A stretch of 64,000 bases of DNA, from IMG/VR virus record IMGVR_UViG_3300005347_000205, positions 8,510 through 72,509 of that record; one strand, written 5' to 3'. Positions within the stretch are counted from its first letter, which is position 1. Each line of letters starts with the position of its first letter. The notes under the pieces were generated by a model that was not told the DNA's origin, searched no databases, and saw only the letters and a list, made by a program, of their open reading frames with translations. The position numbers were made by a program, and so were the translations under genes. Positions 17,920 to 27,349 of this stretch are shown here, in pieces. The stretch is from a virus.

Positions 17920-17955
17920 GCCACGTTTCACCATATTGATGAAAGTACTGATACT

Positions 17956-18174
17956 ATGAGCAGTTTCGCACGAACGCTGCAGCGCCGGTTCGCCAGGTCC
18001 GCGGAGGATTATGAACCTAAAGTGCAGCCCGTCCGCATGCTGAAGGACGGAGGCTACGAGACGCTGCGGCCAACAAGCGGGTGGTACAGGATATCGGGGC
18101 GCCGATTACTCGCCCAGCGAAAGCTCGCCGTGCTCCGTCAGATAATTGACCTGAAGATGGGCAGGATCGGCTGA
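17956..18174 (+). CDS. Basic hypothetical protein
   Basis: 72 aa, YETLRPTSGW. Confidence 0.6.
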   Translation: MSSFARTLQRRFARSAEDYEPKVQPVRMLKDGGYETLRPTSGWYRISGRRLLAQRKLAVLRQIIDLKMGRIG

Positions 18175-18335
18175 TGCCAGTCAGGGTCAGCACGATGAGC
18201 CAGTGGCTATTAGCGGCTATCACTGGTGGATTGCTTAGCGGCATCGTGACCGACTGGGAATCGAGCTCGATAGGCTTCTTCATCGGAATCGTGTGGACAT
18301 CGGCCATAGCCTATCTTGGGAGCAAGATCCCGTGA
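18174..18335 (+). CDS. Small membrane protein
   Basis: WLLAAITGGLLSGIV...IGFFIGIVWTSAIAYLG; TGATG overlap. Confidence 0.5.
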   Translation: MPVRVSTMSQWLLAAITGGLLSGIVTDWESSSIGFFIGIVWTSAIAYLGSKIP

Positions 18336-18538
18336 TCCCCAAGATCTTAATGGTCCTGTTGCTCGTCGGCCACGCGGTCGGGACACTGCAGCTCGCGATC
18401 CGCTCACGCCAACGTTACCGGGGAATGGAGAAGCTCATGACGCCGGCCCAGGTTTTCTACCTGCGTTACGGCTACATCTGGGCCCTGCTGCCGGTGACCG
18501 AGGGGATCATCCTGTTCATCGGAGGCTATTTCTCATGA
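18332..18538 (+). CDS. Small two-TM membrane protein
   Basis: GTGA overlap; two hydrophobic segments. Confidence 0.55.
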   Translation: MIPKILMVLLLVGHAVGTLQLAIRSRQRYRGMEKLMTPAQVFYLRYGYIWALLPVTEGIILFIGGYFS

Positions 18539-18816
18539 AGGCGTCGACCGTTGCCGCGCTGCTGAGCGCCGATTTTGACGGGATCATCCATCCACCGCTG
18601 CCTCAGTTTCCGACGCCAGATGGCAACGGTGACGCCGAAGCTCCTCGCCTATGGCGCTCGGCCGACCTCAACCGGTTGCACGAACTCGAACTCGCCGTGC
18701 CTTACCGGCGCCGTGAGGATCATCTGTGGCTCTACCGCCTGACCGAGAAGGGTTGGGAGATGGCCGTCAAAACGGCCGCTGTGATTGCCACTGTAGAGAA
18801 GGAATTGGCCGCATGA
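18535..18816 (+). CDS. Hypothetical protein (wHTH-like end YRLTEKG)
   Basis: GGAGG RBS, ATGA overlaps. Confidence 0.6.
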   Translation: MKASTVAALLSADFDGIIHPPLPQFPTPDGNGDAEAPRLWRSADLNRLHELELAVPYRRREDHLWLYRLTEKGWEMAVKTAAVIATVEKELAA

Positions 18817-19277
18817 ACACCGTCTATCTGGCCGGGCCGATATCCGGGCTTTCGTATGCCGGCGCCACGGACTGGCGAGACACTGCGATCAACAGCCTCG
18901 CTGCTTCCGGCATAAAGGGCCTCTCGCCGATGCGGGCCAAGGAATATCTCCGTCACGTTGAGAGCGATGTCGGATTTTCTTCGACGTGCGAGGAATATGG
19001 TCACCTCTCGCCGCTGTCCGGGCCGCGCGGGATCATGACGCGCGACCGGTTCGACGCGACGCGCTGTGACGTGCTGCTGGTGAATCTCCTCGGCGCGGCG
19101 CGGCCGTCGATAGGTACTATTATGGAAATTGCCTGGGCAGACCTCTCCCGGACTCCGATTGTCGTCGCGATGGAACCAGGCAACCCGCACGAGCATGCCA
19201 TGGTCAACGAGGCGATCGGTTTCCGTTGCGGATCGCTCGATGAGGCGCTGGACGTCGTCAAGGCGATTTTGGGGTGA
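18813..19277 (+). CDS. Nucleoside 2-deoxyribosyltransferase / NMP N-hydrolase family
   Basis: VYLAGPI, RDRFDATRCDVLLVNL, SIGTIMEIAWA. Confidence 0.88.
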   Translation: MNTVYLAGPISGLSYAGATDWRDTAINSLAASGIKGLSPMRAKEYLRHVESDVGFSSTCEEYGHLSPLSGPRGIMTRDRFDATRCDVLLVNLLGAARPSIGTIMEIAWADLSRTPIVVAMEPGNPHEHAMVNEAIGFRCGSLDEALDVVKAILG

Positions 19278-19882
19278 GCCCGGCGCCGCGTCCTGCCGAA
19301 GATGCCGTTTGCTCGATTTGCGACGGTGGCCCCGGCAACGAATGCGCCTGCTCCTGCGGCCAGCGGATGTGGGACAGGGTTGAGTGCTGCCACCAAACGG
19401 TGCTGTCGCGCTGCCCAGGCTGCCCTCATGCTGAGTCAGCAGCGCGTCCCAAGACGATAATGTTCGAGCAAGGCGCAAGCGCTCGGATTGCCGGAAAGCA
19501 GAAATCCGAAAACCCATATACCACCTACTATAACCGGCGAGATTGGGACGATGGCTGGGATTCAGTCACGCCGTCCAACGGGTCTGGCGACTTCGCGTTC
19601 GGCAGCGCTGTCTGGCCCGGCATCTCAAAGGTTGTCGAGGAATGCGCTGAGGTCATCCAGGTCGCTGGCAAGCTCATGCAGCGTGGCGGCCGAACCGATC
19701 ATTGGTCGGGCGATCTGCTCAAGATGATGATCGAGGAGCTGGGTGACTGTCAGGCTGCGATCGACATGCTGATAGAGCTCAACGACCGGGTTGATGCTGC
19801 AGCCGTGGAAGAGCGCCGCCGCGACAAGCGGCGCACGTTCCGCCGCTGGCACCAGGAAAACATGGGGAACCCCGCATCATGA
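19274..19882 (+). CDS. Fusion: Cys-rich region + RMF/CrpP-like segment + MazG-like domain
   Basis: FEQGASARIAGK..NPY....RDWDDGW (RMF-like); KVVEECAEVIQ..EELGD (MazG-like). Confidence 0.65.
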   Translation: MSPAPRPAEDAVCSICDGGPGNECACSCGQRMWDRVECCHQTVLSRCPGCPHAESAARPKTIMFEQGASARIAGKQKSENPYTTYYNRRDWDDGWDSVTPSNGSGDFAFGSAVWPGISKVVEECAEVIQVAGKLMQRGGRTDHWSGDLLKMMIEELGDCQAAIDMLIELNDRVDAAAVEERRRDKRRTFRRWHQENMGNPAS

Positions 19883-20274
19883 CCGTGCACGTAGTCGGCC
19901 TCCTCTTTGACGATAACATCACCAAGATCGCTCTCCGCCAGGTCGACGGGAAGCTCGACGGCGTGCGCGGCGTTGTGCGGCCCGGCGAAACATCAATGGA
20001 GGCGATCGACCGGGCCTGCGACGAGGCGATTGAACTCACCTTCAACCAATGGACTCAGATCGCCGTCCTCCGGTTACCGGATGCGATCATCCACTACTTC
20101 GCGGTGTTCGCGGTAGAGATCACTTTAGCCGAGAATGTGGAGTTCTATGACATGCCGGGGGCCGCGCAGCGGAGCGACCTCGGCGATCGGCTGCCGCTGA
20201 TGATTTCGATCGCTACCGACCCGGCGATCCAGAAACCCGTCATGTTCAACCAAGGGGGAAGCGATGACGAGTAG
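19879..20274 (+). CDS. Degenerate NUDIX-fold protein
   Basis: VVGLLFD, GKLDGVRGVVRPGETSMEAIDRACDE resembles a decayed Nudix box. Confidence 0.55.
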   Translation: MTVHVVGLLFDDNITKIALRQVDGKLDGVRGVVRPGETSMEAIDRACDEAIELTFNQWTQIAVLRLPDAIIHYFAVFAVEITLAENVEFYDMPGAAQRSDLGDRLPLMISIATDPAIQKPVMFNQGGSDDE

Positions 20275-20464
20275 GGCGCTCATCGCTGCGGCGGTGCTGC
20301 TGCTCAGCGCGTGCGATCCGGGACCCACGATCGAGCTTTCGGTGAATGCGTGGCGCTGCACGGCACAGCGCACGGAGAAGTATCTGCGACCCCAGCCAAC
20401 TGGGAAGACGGTGATCATGATCCCGGATGTGCGAACCGTCTGCAGCCAATGGAGCAAGATGTGA
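20264..20464 (+). CDS. Small lipoprotein
   Basis: Lipobox LSAC after a hydrophobic leader. Confidence 0.65.
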   Translation: MTSRALIAAAVLLLSACDPGPTIELSVNAWRCTAQRTEKYLRPQPTGKTVIMIPDVRTVCSQWSKM

Positions 20465-21153
20465 GCGACAGTAAAATCGAGGTTCTCGACCACGGCTTCG
20501 TGCGCCTGGTCGACTCCATGGGTTCCGATCTATCGGTCGTCCGCGCGGCCCGCATCTCCTATGATGCGGCGTGGCGGGCAGGAGAAGACACGGGCTCCGA
20601 TCGCCGGCTGATCAACTACCTCTGGAAGAACCACCACACGACCCCGTTCGAGGCGGTGACGTTCACCTTCGAGGTCAAGGCGCCGATCTTCGTGTTCCGC
20701 CAATGGCATCGCCACCGCACCTGGAGTTTTAACGAACTGAGCGCCCGGTATCGCGAGCTGCCCGAGGAATTCTATGTGCCGGTGCCAGAGATGATCGGGG
20801 TGCAGTCGGCGGCGTCGAAGCAGGCTCGCGTCGCGGTGGAGATGGACGATCGGGAGTACCGCGATCGAGCCTATCAGGTCGAACTGTTCAGGGCTCATTG
20901 TACGGGCGCGTTCGAGCGATACCGAGGTCTCCTTCATGCAGGCTGGCCCCGCGAGCTCGCGCGATCGGTGCTGCCGGTCAGCACCTACAGCCACATGTTC
21001 GCGACGGTTGATCTGCTGAACCTGCTCAAGTTCCTGACGCTGCGCTGTCACGAGCACGCCCAGCACGAGATCCGAGTTTACGCGGAGGCTATGCTGGATC
21101 TCGTCCGCGAAGTTGTTCCTGAATGTGTTGCTGCCTGGGAGTCGGGGCGATGA
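20461..21153 (+). CDS. thyX: FAD-dependent thymidylate synthase
   Basis: HTTPFE, RQWHRHRTWSFNELSARY, RELARSVLP, HAQHEIR; GTG 20461. Confidence 0.96.
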   Translation: MSDSKIEVLDHGFVRLVDSMGSDLSVVRAARISYDAAWRAGEDTGSDRRLINYLWKNHHTTPFEAVTFTFEVKAPIFVFRQWHRHRTWSFNELSARYRELPEEFYVPVPEMIGVQSAASKQARVAVEMDDREYRDRAYQVELFRAHCTGAFERYRGLLHAGWPRELARSVLPVSTYSHMFATVDLLNLLKFLTLRCHEHAQHEIRVYAEAMLDLVREVVPECVAAWESGR

Positions 21154-21356
21154 CCAAGGAACAGGAACGCTTCGAAGCACTGGCGGATAAGCTCCTCAGT
21201 TTCGCTCGGAGTTCGGCATCCAAAGGCATCTCATCAGGGGTCAACCAAGTCGCTGCTGGACTGGCTTACCTTCATGCTCGCGGGGACATCATTCTACCGC
21301 CACCGGCAGCCCCGCCGCTCTTCCACTGGCTCGGCGCTGACGCCCCGACAGCATGA
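21150..21356 (+). CDS. Hypothetical protein
   Basis: ATGA overlaps on both sides. Confidence 0.55.
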   Translation: MTKEQERFEALADKLLSFARSSASKGISSGVNQVAAGLAYLHARGDIILPPPAAPPLFHWLGADAPTA

Positions 21357-21694
21357 GAACGAGGCTCCTGCCAGAGATGTTATGGAAAATAGATCCCAAG
21401 GTCGAAGCCGCCCGCAAGCTGCCTGGTTGGGGTCCCTTCCACTATGCCTGTCAGCAGGAGCGCTTCTACTTCGATCACTGCGAAAAGCAGGGGCGCGAGT
21501 ACAAGGTGCTCTGTTACTCAGTCGACGCACATTGGCACATCGTCCCGCTCGTCGAGGGTCGCGGGTCGGCTGTCCTCGACGCCTATCGCGACGCCCATGA
21601 GCGGTGCGGGCGGGCAACCACGGAAACTACGGCCGCGCTCGATACTCTGATCGCCGGGCCGCCGGCCGATGATTTCATGGAGATGCTGGGATGA
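21353..21694 (+). CDS. Hypothetical protein with C-terminal DDFMEMLG tag
   Basis: 113 aa, operon overlaps. Confidence 0.65.
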   Translation: MRTRLLPEMLWKIDPKVEAARKLPGWGPFHYACQQERFYFDHCEKQGREYKVLCYSVDAHWHIVPLVEGRGSAVLDAYRDAHERCGRATTETTAALDTLIAGPPADDFMEMLG

Positions 21695-22272
21695 ACGTGC
21701 TCACAGGCTGTTCTGTCGATGGGTGCCACAAACCGCTGAAAGCACTAGGGTTATGCCGTTCCCATTATTTGCGGAACTGGCGCCACGGGGCACCGGAAGC
21801 AGGTGGACAAAGTAGAGGTTTCGCGACCGAGTTCATCCGCAGCCACATCAACTATAAGGGTGATGATTGCATCCTTTGGCCGTTTGCTCGGACGCCGACC
21901 GGATACGGAGTGGTTAGATATCCTGGATTACATGGCAACAACGCACATCGCGTGATGTGCATTCTCGCCCGCGGTGAGCCACCTTCGCCGGAGCTTGAGG
22001 CAGCCCATGAATGCGGGAACGGGCATCTCGGGTGCGTAAACCCAAAGCATCTGAAATGGAAAGAAAGGATCGATAATATCCGGGACAAAGCAGTACACGG
22101 AACACAACTTTGGGGTGATCTTATCCATTTTTCTAAGTTGACCCTAGAGCAAGCGCAGCGAGTAAAGTTCGGATCTGATCGTGGTACTGATCTTGCTAAA
22201 GAATTGTCAGTAACACCTGCAACAATTTACCGCATTAGGTCGGGGCATACTTGGAAAGGACTTATGCTATGA
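21691..22272 (+). CDS. HNH (I-PpoI-like/HNH_3) homing endonuclease
   Basis: CSVDGC..GLCRSHY, DCILWP, AHRVMC, AAHECGN..CVNPKHL. Confidence 0.85.
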   Translation: MNVLTGCSVDGCHKPLKALGLCRSHYLRNWRHGAPEAGGQSRGFATEFIRSHINYKGDDCILWPFARTPTGYGVVRYPGLHGNNAHRVMCILARGEPPSPELEAAHECGNGHLGCVNPKHLKWKERIDNIRDKAVHGTQLWGDLIHFSKLTLEQAQRVKFGSDRGTDLAKELSVTPATIYRIRSGHTWKGLML

Positions 22273-23102
22273 CGGCGATCATGGTCGATCTGGAAACGTG
22301 GGGTAAAATCCCCGGCTCCGATATTCGCAGTATCGGCGCGGTCGTGTTCGACCCGGTCTCCGGGACTCTGAGCGACGAATTCTACGTGGCGGTGGATAAT
22401 CCGGTTCGATCCGACGCGCGGCCTATATTCTCCGATCCCGGCGATCCAAACGCTGATCGGCGATACCTGCTGTTCCGCGACCCGGACACCGTTGCATGGT
22501 GGGCCGACCAGAGTCCCGAGGCGCAAGGGGCGTTCGATAACCCCGTCGATCTAAGGAAAGGTCTGCAGCTTTTCGCGAACTGGTGGACGAAACAGCACGA
22601 CGGTGAGGGTTACTCGCGCTTCTGGGCGAAAGGCCCCCATTTCGACGAAGCGATATTGGCAGCCTGCTATCGGGCTGTCGATTTACCAGCTCCCTGGTCG
22701 TACCGCGCCCCACGGGACTGCCGCACGATCTATGAGGCGGCCGGTGGCGTCGAAATTCCTTTCGAGGGCACCCAACACAACGCTCTCGATGATGCCAAGC
22801 ATCAGGCGCGGTGCGTGATCGAGGCATATCGGAAACTGCGTAAGCATGTAACCATGACGATCGACTGCAACACGGCGCCATATCGGGAATTGATCGCCGA
22901 ACTCGTCGCTGCGCGGAGATACACCGATCAGCGCGTAACAGGACTGCTCGAAGCCAATAACCGCGAAGTCGAGCGACGGCGGACCGCCACTGGCCTGCTC
23001 CGGAAGGCTGGCGATTATATAGCTGACATCACGGGCGCCAGAGATCGCCCAGGTTCAGACAGCGCCGAAATTTGCGACGCCATCGACGAGTTCCTGGGAT
23101 GA
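22269..23102 (+). CDS. DEDDh 3'-5' exonuclease (DUF5051/Rv2179c-like)
   Basis: IMVDLETWG, SIGAV.FD, WAKGPHFD, RDCRT, HNALDDAKHQA. Confidence 0.88.
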   Translation: MTAIMVDLETWGKIPGSDIRSIGAVVFDPVSGTLSDEFYVAVDNPVRSDARPIFSDPGDPNADRRYLLFRDPDTVAWWADQSPEAQGAFDNPVDLRKGLQLFANWWTKQHDGEGYSRFWAKGPHFDEAILAACYRAVDLPAPWSYRAPRDCRTIYEAAGGVEIPFEGTQHNALDDAKHQARCVIEAYRKLRKHVTMTIDCNTAPYRELIAELVAARRYTDQRVTGLLEANNREVERRRTATGLLRKAGDYIADITGARDRPGSDSAEICDAIDEFLG

Positions 23103-23179
23103 GCGATTATCGCGAATTGATGGCCCTGTACCACACCCGATGACTGCAGCCTCAACCACTAGCAACGGATGCGAAACAT

Positions 23180-23818
23180 ATGACAATTGCCATAGGAATT
23201 AGCGGTTTCGCCAAAGCGGGCAAGACCACCGTCGCCGAGTATATCGAGCGCCGCTACGGGGTGAAACGCCTCCATGTTGCCGAGCCGCTGCGCGATATGT
23301 TGCGCGTGCTGCTGCGCGCCAACGGTGTCGCCGAAGACATGATCGAGCGCTACCTTACCGGCGACCTTAAGGACGGCGTCGTTATCCCTGAGATCGGTCG
23401 CACGTCGCGCGAGCTGCAGATCACCCTCGGCACCGAATGGGGTAGAGAATGTGTGCATCCCAATCTCTGGGCGAAAACATGGTCGCGCTGTGCCTCACCG
23501 TTCTTCGCGGTAATGAATGACAGCGTTCGCTTCCCCAATGAGGAAGATGTTATCCGCGGCGAGCTCGGTGGCCTGACCATACTCGTCGAGCGCTTCGATA
23601 CCCACCCCGTCTCCTATAAATGGGGCGCGGTTGGCCGCTGGCTCTACAACGTCTTCGGTTGCATGTGGGGTGTCCACGACAGCGAACGGACCGACCGGCT
23701 GAATCCGGACTTCATTTTGCGCAACAACGGTTCGCTTGAGGAGCTGTTCGAGCGCGTCGATGAAATCATCCAGGTCGAATTCGATATCGACCCCGTCGAG
23801 GTCGTTGCCGCGGCCTAA
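23180..23818 (+). CDS. Deoxynucleoside monophosphate kinase
   Basis: IGISGFAKAGKTT, RELQITLGTEWGR, SVRFPNE, HDSE. Confidence 0.88.
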   Translation: MTIAIGISGFAKAGKTTVAEYIERRYGVKRLHVAEPLRDMLRVLLRANGVAEDMIERYLTGDLKDGVVIPEIGRTSRELQITLGTEWGRECVHPNLWAKTWSRCASPFFAVMNDSVRFPNEEDVIRGELGGLTILVERFDTHPVSYKWGAVGRWLYNVFGCMWGVHDSERTDRLNPDFILRNNGSLEELFERVDEIIQVEFDIDPVEVVAAA

Positions 23819-23821
23819 CTT

Positions 23822-23836
23822 TCACCATATAGGTGA
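23822..23836. promoter_or_regulatory. Palindromic operator
   Basis: TCACC-ATATA-GGTGA. Confidence 0.7.
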
Positions 23837-23870
23837 ATTTCCATCCCATAAACCGGGAGACACCCGAGTC

Positions 23871-25820
23871 ATGCCTTCTGCTACCCTGCCGACTGATTAC
23901 CAGAGTTTCATTGCTTCCAGCCGCTATGCGCGGTTCTTGGAGTCGGAGGGGCGGCGCGAGCATTGGGACGAGACAATTGCCCGCTACTTCGATTATTTCG
24001 AAGACGACCTCAACCGGCGCCACAGCTACAAGGTGCCCGCGACGCTGCGCTCGGAGCTTCAGGATGCGGTGCTGAACCTTCACGTCATGCCGTCGATGCG
24101 CGCGCTGATGACCGCCGGCGAGGCGCTGCGGCGTGAGAATATAGCGGGTTACAATTGCAGCTATCTGCCGATCGACCGGCCGCGCGCCTTCGCCGAGATA
24201 CTGTATATCCTGATGTGCGGCACCGGTGTCGGCTTCTCAGTCGAGCGCCAGGAGATCGCCAAGCTGCCGGCCGTGCCCGATTCATTCAGCCCGTCGGCAT
24301 TGGAGATCGTCGTTGGTGACAGCAAGATGGGCTGGGCCATCGCATTCGATAGCTTGCTTGAATGCCTCTACGGCGGCACCATCCCGGACATCAATTATGA
24401 CGCGATCCGCCCGGCCGGCGAGCGACTGATGACCTTCGGCGGCCGGGCGTCTGGGCCGGAGCCGCTGCGCGAACTGTTCGAGTTTGTGATCCGCTCCTTC
24501 CGTAATGCTGCGGGTCGCAAGCTAAACAGCCTCGAATGCCACGAGATTGCGACGAAAACCGGCGAGATCGTCGTCGTCGGCGGCGTGCGCCGCTCGGCCG
24601 AAATCAGCCTGTCCAACCTCTCGGACCTACGGATGCGCGACGCCAAGTCGGGTAATTGGTTCCTGGATAAGCCCCACTTGGCGCTCAGCAACAACAGCGT
24701 CGCCTATACTGAGAAGCCGGACGTTGGCGCGTTCATGGACGAATGGTCAGCGCTCTATCGCAGCCGATCGGGCGAACGGGGGATCTTCAACCGCCACGGT
24801 AGCGTTCAGAAGATGCTGCGCCTGGGTCGCCGGGACCATCGTTACGACTTCGGAACGAATCCATGCGGTGAGATTCTCTTACGTCCCCGCGGCCTCTGCA
24901 ACCTCTCCGAAGCGGTCGCTCGGCTCGGCGACGGAGCGTCCGAGCTCAAGGAAAAGGTCCGGCTCGCGGCGATCCTCGGCACCTGGCAATCGACGCAGAC
25001 CAGCTTCAATTTCGTCGAGCCAAGCTGGAAGGTGAACGCTGATGAGGAACGGCTGCTGGGTGTCTCGCTGACTGGCATCTACGATAATCGCTGGCTGCGC
25101 GGCGAGATGGGTATGGACACGCTGGAATCGCTGCTGCGGACGTTGAAATCCAAGGTTATCACCAGCAATCGGCTCGAAGCGCATGCGATCGGTATCAACC
25201 CGTCTGTCGCGACGACAACGGTGAAGCCGTCTGGCACCGTTTCGCAGCTCGTGAACAGCAGTTCAGGCATTCACCAAGGGCACGCCGAATATTACATCCG
25301 GCGCGTCCGCGGCGACAATAAGGACCCGATCACCCAGTTCATGAAGGATGCCGGTATCCCAGGCGAGCCTGATGTCAGCAAGCCCGACGCGATGACGGTG
25401 TTCAGTTTCCCGATGTGCGCGCGCGGTACCGTCACCCGAGACCAAGTCACTGCGGTCGACCATCTCGAACTGGTCCGGACTTACAACACCCATTGGTCCG
25501 AGCATGCGGTCTCCTGCACGATCAGCGTGCGCGAGCATGAGTGGCCTGCAGTCGGTGGCTGGGTTTATGACCATTTCGACGACCTGGCCGGTCTGTCGTT
25601 CCTGCCTCATTTTGCCGACGACAGCAGCTACGCCCAGATGCCGTTCGAAGCGATCACCAAGGAGCGCTATGGCGAGCTCTGCGCCGCCATGCCCATCTCG
25701 ATCGACTGGGCGGATCTGGCACACTACGAGCGCGGCATCGACTCTGTTACCGCCACCAGGGAATTCGCGTGCGTGGGCAACAGCTGCGAAATCGTGGACG
25801 CACAGTCTCCGCTTGCGTGA
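23871..25820 (+). CDS. nrdJ: Class II (B12-dependent) ribonucleotide reductase
   Basis: PSMRALMTAG, YNCS, GTGVGFS, GGVRRSA, GTNPCGEI, VKPSGT, C-terminal CVGNSCE; no NrdB partner. Confidence 0.9.
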   Translation: MPSATLPTDYQSFIASSRYARFLESEGRREHWDETIARYFDYFEDDLNRRHSYKVPATLRSELQDAVLNLHVMPSMRALMTAGEALRRENIAGYNCSYLPIDRPRAFAEILYILMCGTGVGFSVERQEIAKLPAVPDSFSPSALEIVVGDSKMGWAIAFDSLLECLYGGTIPDINYDAIRPAGERLMTFGGRASGPEPLRELFEFVIRSFRNAAGRKLNSLECHEIATKTGEIVVVGGVRRSAEISLSNLSDLRMRDAKSGNWFLDKPHLALSNNSVAYTEKPDVGAFMDEWSALYRSRSGERGIFNRHGSVQKMLRLGRRDHRYDFGTNPCGEILLRPRGLCNLSEAVARLGDGASELKEKVRLAAILGTWQSTQTSFNFVEPSWKVNADEERLLGVSLTGIYDNRWLRGEMGMDTLESLLRTLKSKVITSNRLEAHAIGINPSVATTTVKPSGTVSQLVNSSSGIHQGHAEYYIRRVRGDNKDPITQFMKDAGIPGEPDVSKPDAMTVFSFPMCARGTVTRDQVTAVDHLELVRTYNTHWSEHAVSCTISVREHEWPAVGGWVYDHFDDLAGLSFLPHFADDSSYAQMPFEAITKERYGELCAAMPISIDWADLAHYERGIDSVTATREFACVGNSCEIVDAQSPLA

Positions 25821-25828
25821 CCACTCTT

Positions 25829-25843
25829 TCAACTTTATGGTGA
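25829..25843. promoter_or_regulatory. Palindromic operator
   Basis: TCAAC-TTTAT-GGTGA. Confidence 0.7.
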
Positions 25844-25868
25844 TATTCAATAAACGGAGCGAGTCGAT

Positions 25869-26150
25869 ATGAGCGGCATTGGTCATAATTCTGGCGAAGA
25901 TCCCCTGGACGACAAGGGCAGCATCGCATCGCAGGAGCTTCGGCTGTTTGTCGAGCGCGTCGAGCGGCTTGAGGAGGAAAAGAAAGGGATCGTCGATGAC
26001 ATCAAAGAGGTGATGTCAGAGATGAAGGGACGTGGCTACGACACGAAGATGGTCCGAAAACTTATCGCCATACGGAAGAAGAAGAAGGGTGAATATGAGG
26101 AAGAGCAGATGGTGCTCGATACCTACTTAGCCGCGCTCGGGATGATCTGA
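25869..26150 (+). CDS. gapR: GapR (DUF2312) nucleoid-associated protein homologue
   Basis: LRLFVERVERLEEEKKGIVDDIKEV..E.KGRGYDTK..RK....LDTYLAALGM. Confidence 0.92.
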   Translation: MSGIGHNSGEDPLDDKGSIASQELRLFVERVERLEEEKKGIVDDIKEVMSEMKGRGYDTKMVRKLIAIRKKKKGEYEEEQMVLDTYLAALGMI

Positions 26151-26151
26151 T

Positions 26152-26463
26152 TTGTCTGACGCCGCCCTCTCCCATCTGCTGCGCGACGCCGCACCCGACA
26201 ATCTGCGCATCCATATCTGGACCCGCGCCGGCGGCGGCTACCAGATCAATGTCAGCGAGCGCGGCAGCGGCTCCTGGACGGTAGTTCACGATGATGATCC
26301 GGCTCTGGGTCTTGCGGTCGCGCTGCGACAGCGGGGGAGCGGATCACCGGGCCGCAGGATTGCCCACAGCAGCGAGCCGACGTTCGATGCCCCGGATGTG
26401 CAGATTGACATTGAGGAGGCGATCGCGACCGCGGTGGACCCGTTCGAGGATATGCTTGGATGA
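26152..26463 (+). CDS. Hypothetical protein with C-terminal DPFEDMLG tag
   Basis: 103 aa filling the operon gap. Confidence 0.6.
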   Translation: MSDAALSHLLRDAAPDNLRIHIWTRAGGGYQINVSERGSGSWTVVHDDDPALGLAVALRQRGSGSPGRRIAHSSEPTFDAPDVQIDIEEAIATAVDPFEDMLG

Positions 26464-27074
26464 GCAGCCCGTTCGCCGATTTGCCGGCCAACCACTTCGG
26501 CATGATAGAGGCCGATCCGGCCTGGGCCTGGACGAGTTACGCGGGGAAGGCTTCGGCGCCACACCGCACGGCTGACGCTCCCTACCCCGTGATGTCGCTC
26601 GACGAGATGAAGGCCCTCCCCGTGGCCGACCTCGCAGCTAAAGATTGTCTGCTGAATATGTGGGTGATCGGCAGTCACCTCGACCAGGCGATTGAGCTCG
26701 GCCGGCACTGGGGATTCCTATTCAAGAGCGATGGCTTCATCTGGGTTAAAACTGGCAAGCACGATGCGACCCTGCGACCGATCGGCATGGGCAAGTGGGT
26801 GCGAAAGCAGGTCGAGTATAGCTTGATCTTCAGCCGCGGGAAGCCGAGCCGGACTGATGCCGGGGTTCGCCAGCTTATCGAGACGGGCGAAAATGTGATC
26901 TATGCGCCGAAGCGCGAGCACAGCCGCAAACCCGAAGAGCGCTACGAGAGAATCGAGCGCCTAGTGTCCGGGCCCTACGTCGAATTATTCGCTAGGGAAA
27001 CCAGGCGCGGATGGTCCTGCTGGGGAAACGAGACATCGAAATTCGACGATCCCTTCGAGCGCATGCTGGGATGA
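26460..27074 (+). CDS. MT-A70 family N6-adenine methyltransferase
   Basis: ADPAW (DPPW-like), YPVMSLDEMKALPV, FIWVK, REHSRKP, YVELFAR..GW..WGNE. Confidence 0.92.
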   Translation: MSSPFADLPANHFGMIEADPAWAWTSYAGKASAPHRTADAPYPVMSLDEMKALPVADLAAKDCLLNMWVIGSHLDQAIELGRHWGFLFKSDGFIWVKTGKHDATLRPIGMGKWVRKQVEYSLIFSRGKPSRTDAGVRQLIETGENVIYAPKREHSRKPEERYERIERLVSGPYVELFARETRRGWSCWGNETSKFDDPFERMLG

Positions 27075-27349
27075 TAGGTTTTTTCCTATTACGGGTTGCA
27101 TTGTAGGAACAGATAGGGAACTTTAGACGGCGAAATGTTCGATTCGCGTAAACCAGAAGAGCGCAGGCGCGATAAATCGTCTCCGCAACAATCCCTAGAG
27201 GGAGGGCATCGGCCTCTACGAAACCGGCCGAAAAATAAGACGAAAGTCGAACAGTGCGGCGCAGCATTTCAACTCACCTTAGTATTTTCAACTTGAGTGA
27301 GTCCACTTTTCTGCCTATTCAACCGGAACCTATTCACGGGGAGAGTGTT

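Noticed and set aside
23871-25820. Intron or intein in the RNR, or in the terminase
   Set aside because: ORFs are continuous and of normal length with no splice motifs; the HNH genes are free-standing.
27325-27349. EcfG-type promoter GGAAC-N17-GTT
   Set aside because: The match is real, but its -10 abuts the ATG at 27350 and overlaps the RBS, so the transcript would start inside the ORF; a single hit may be chance.
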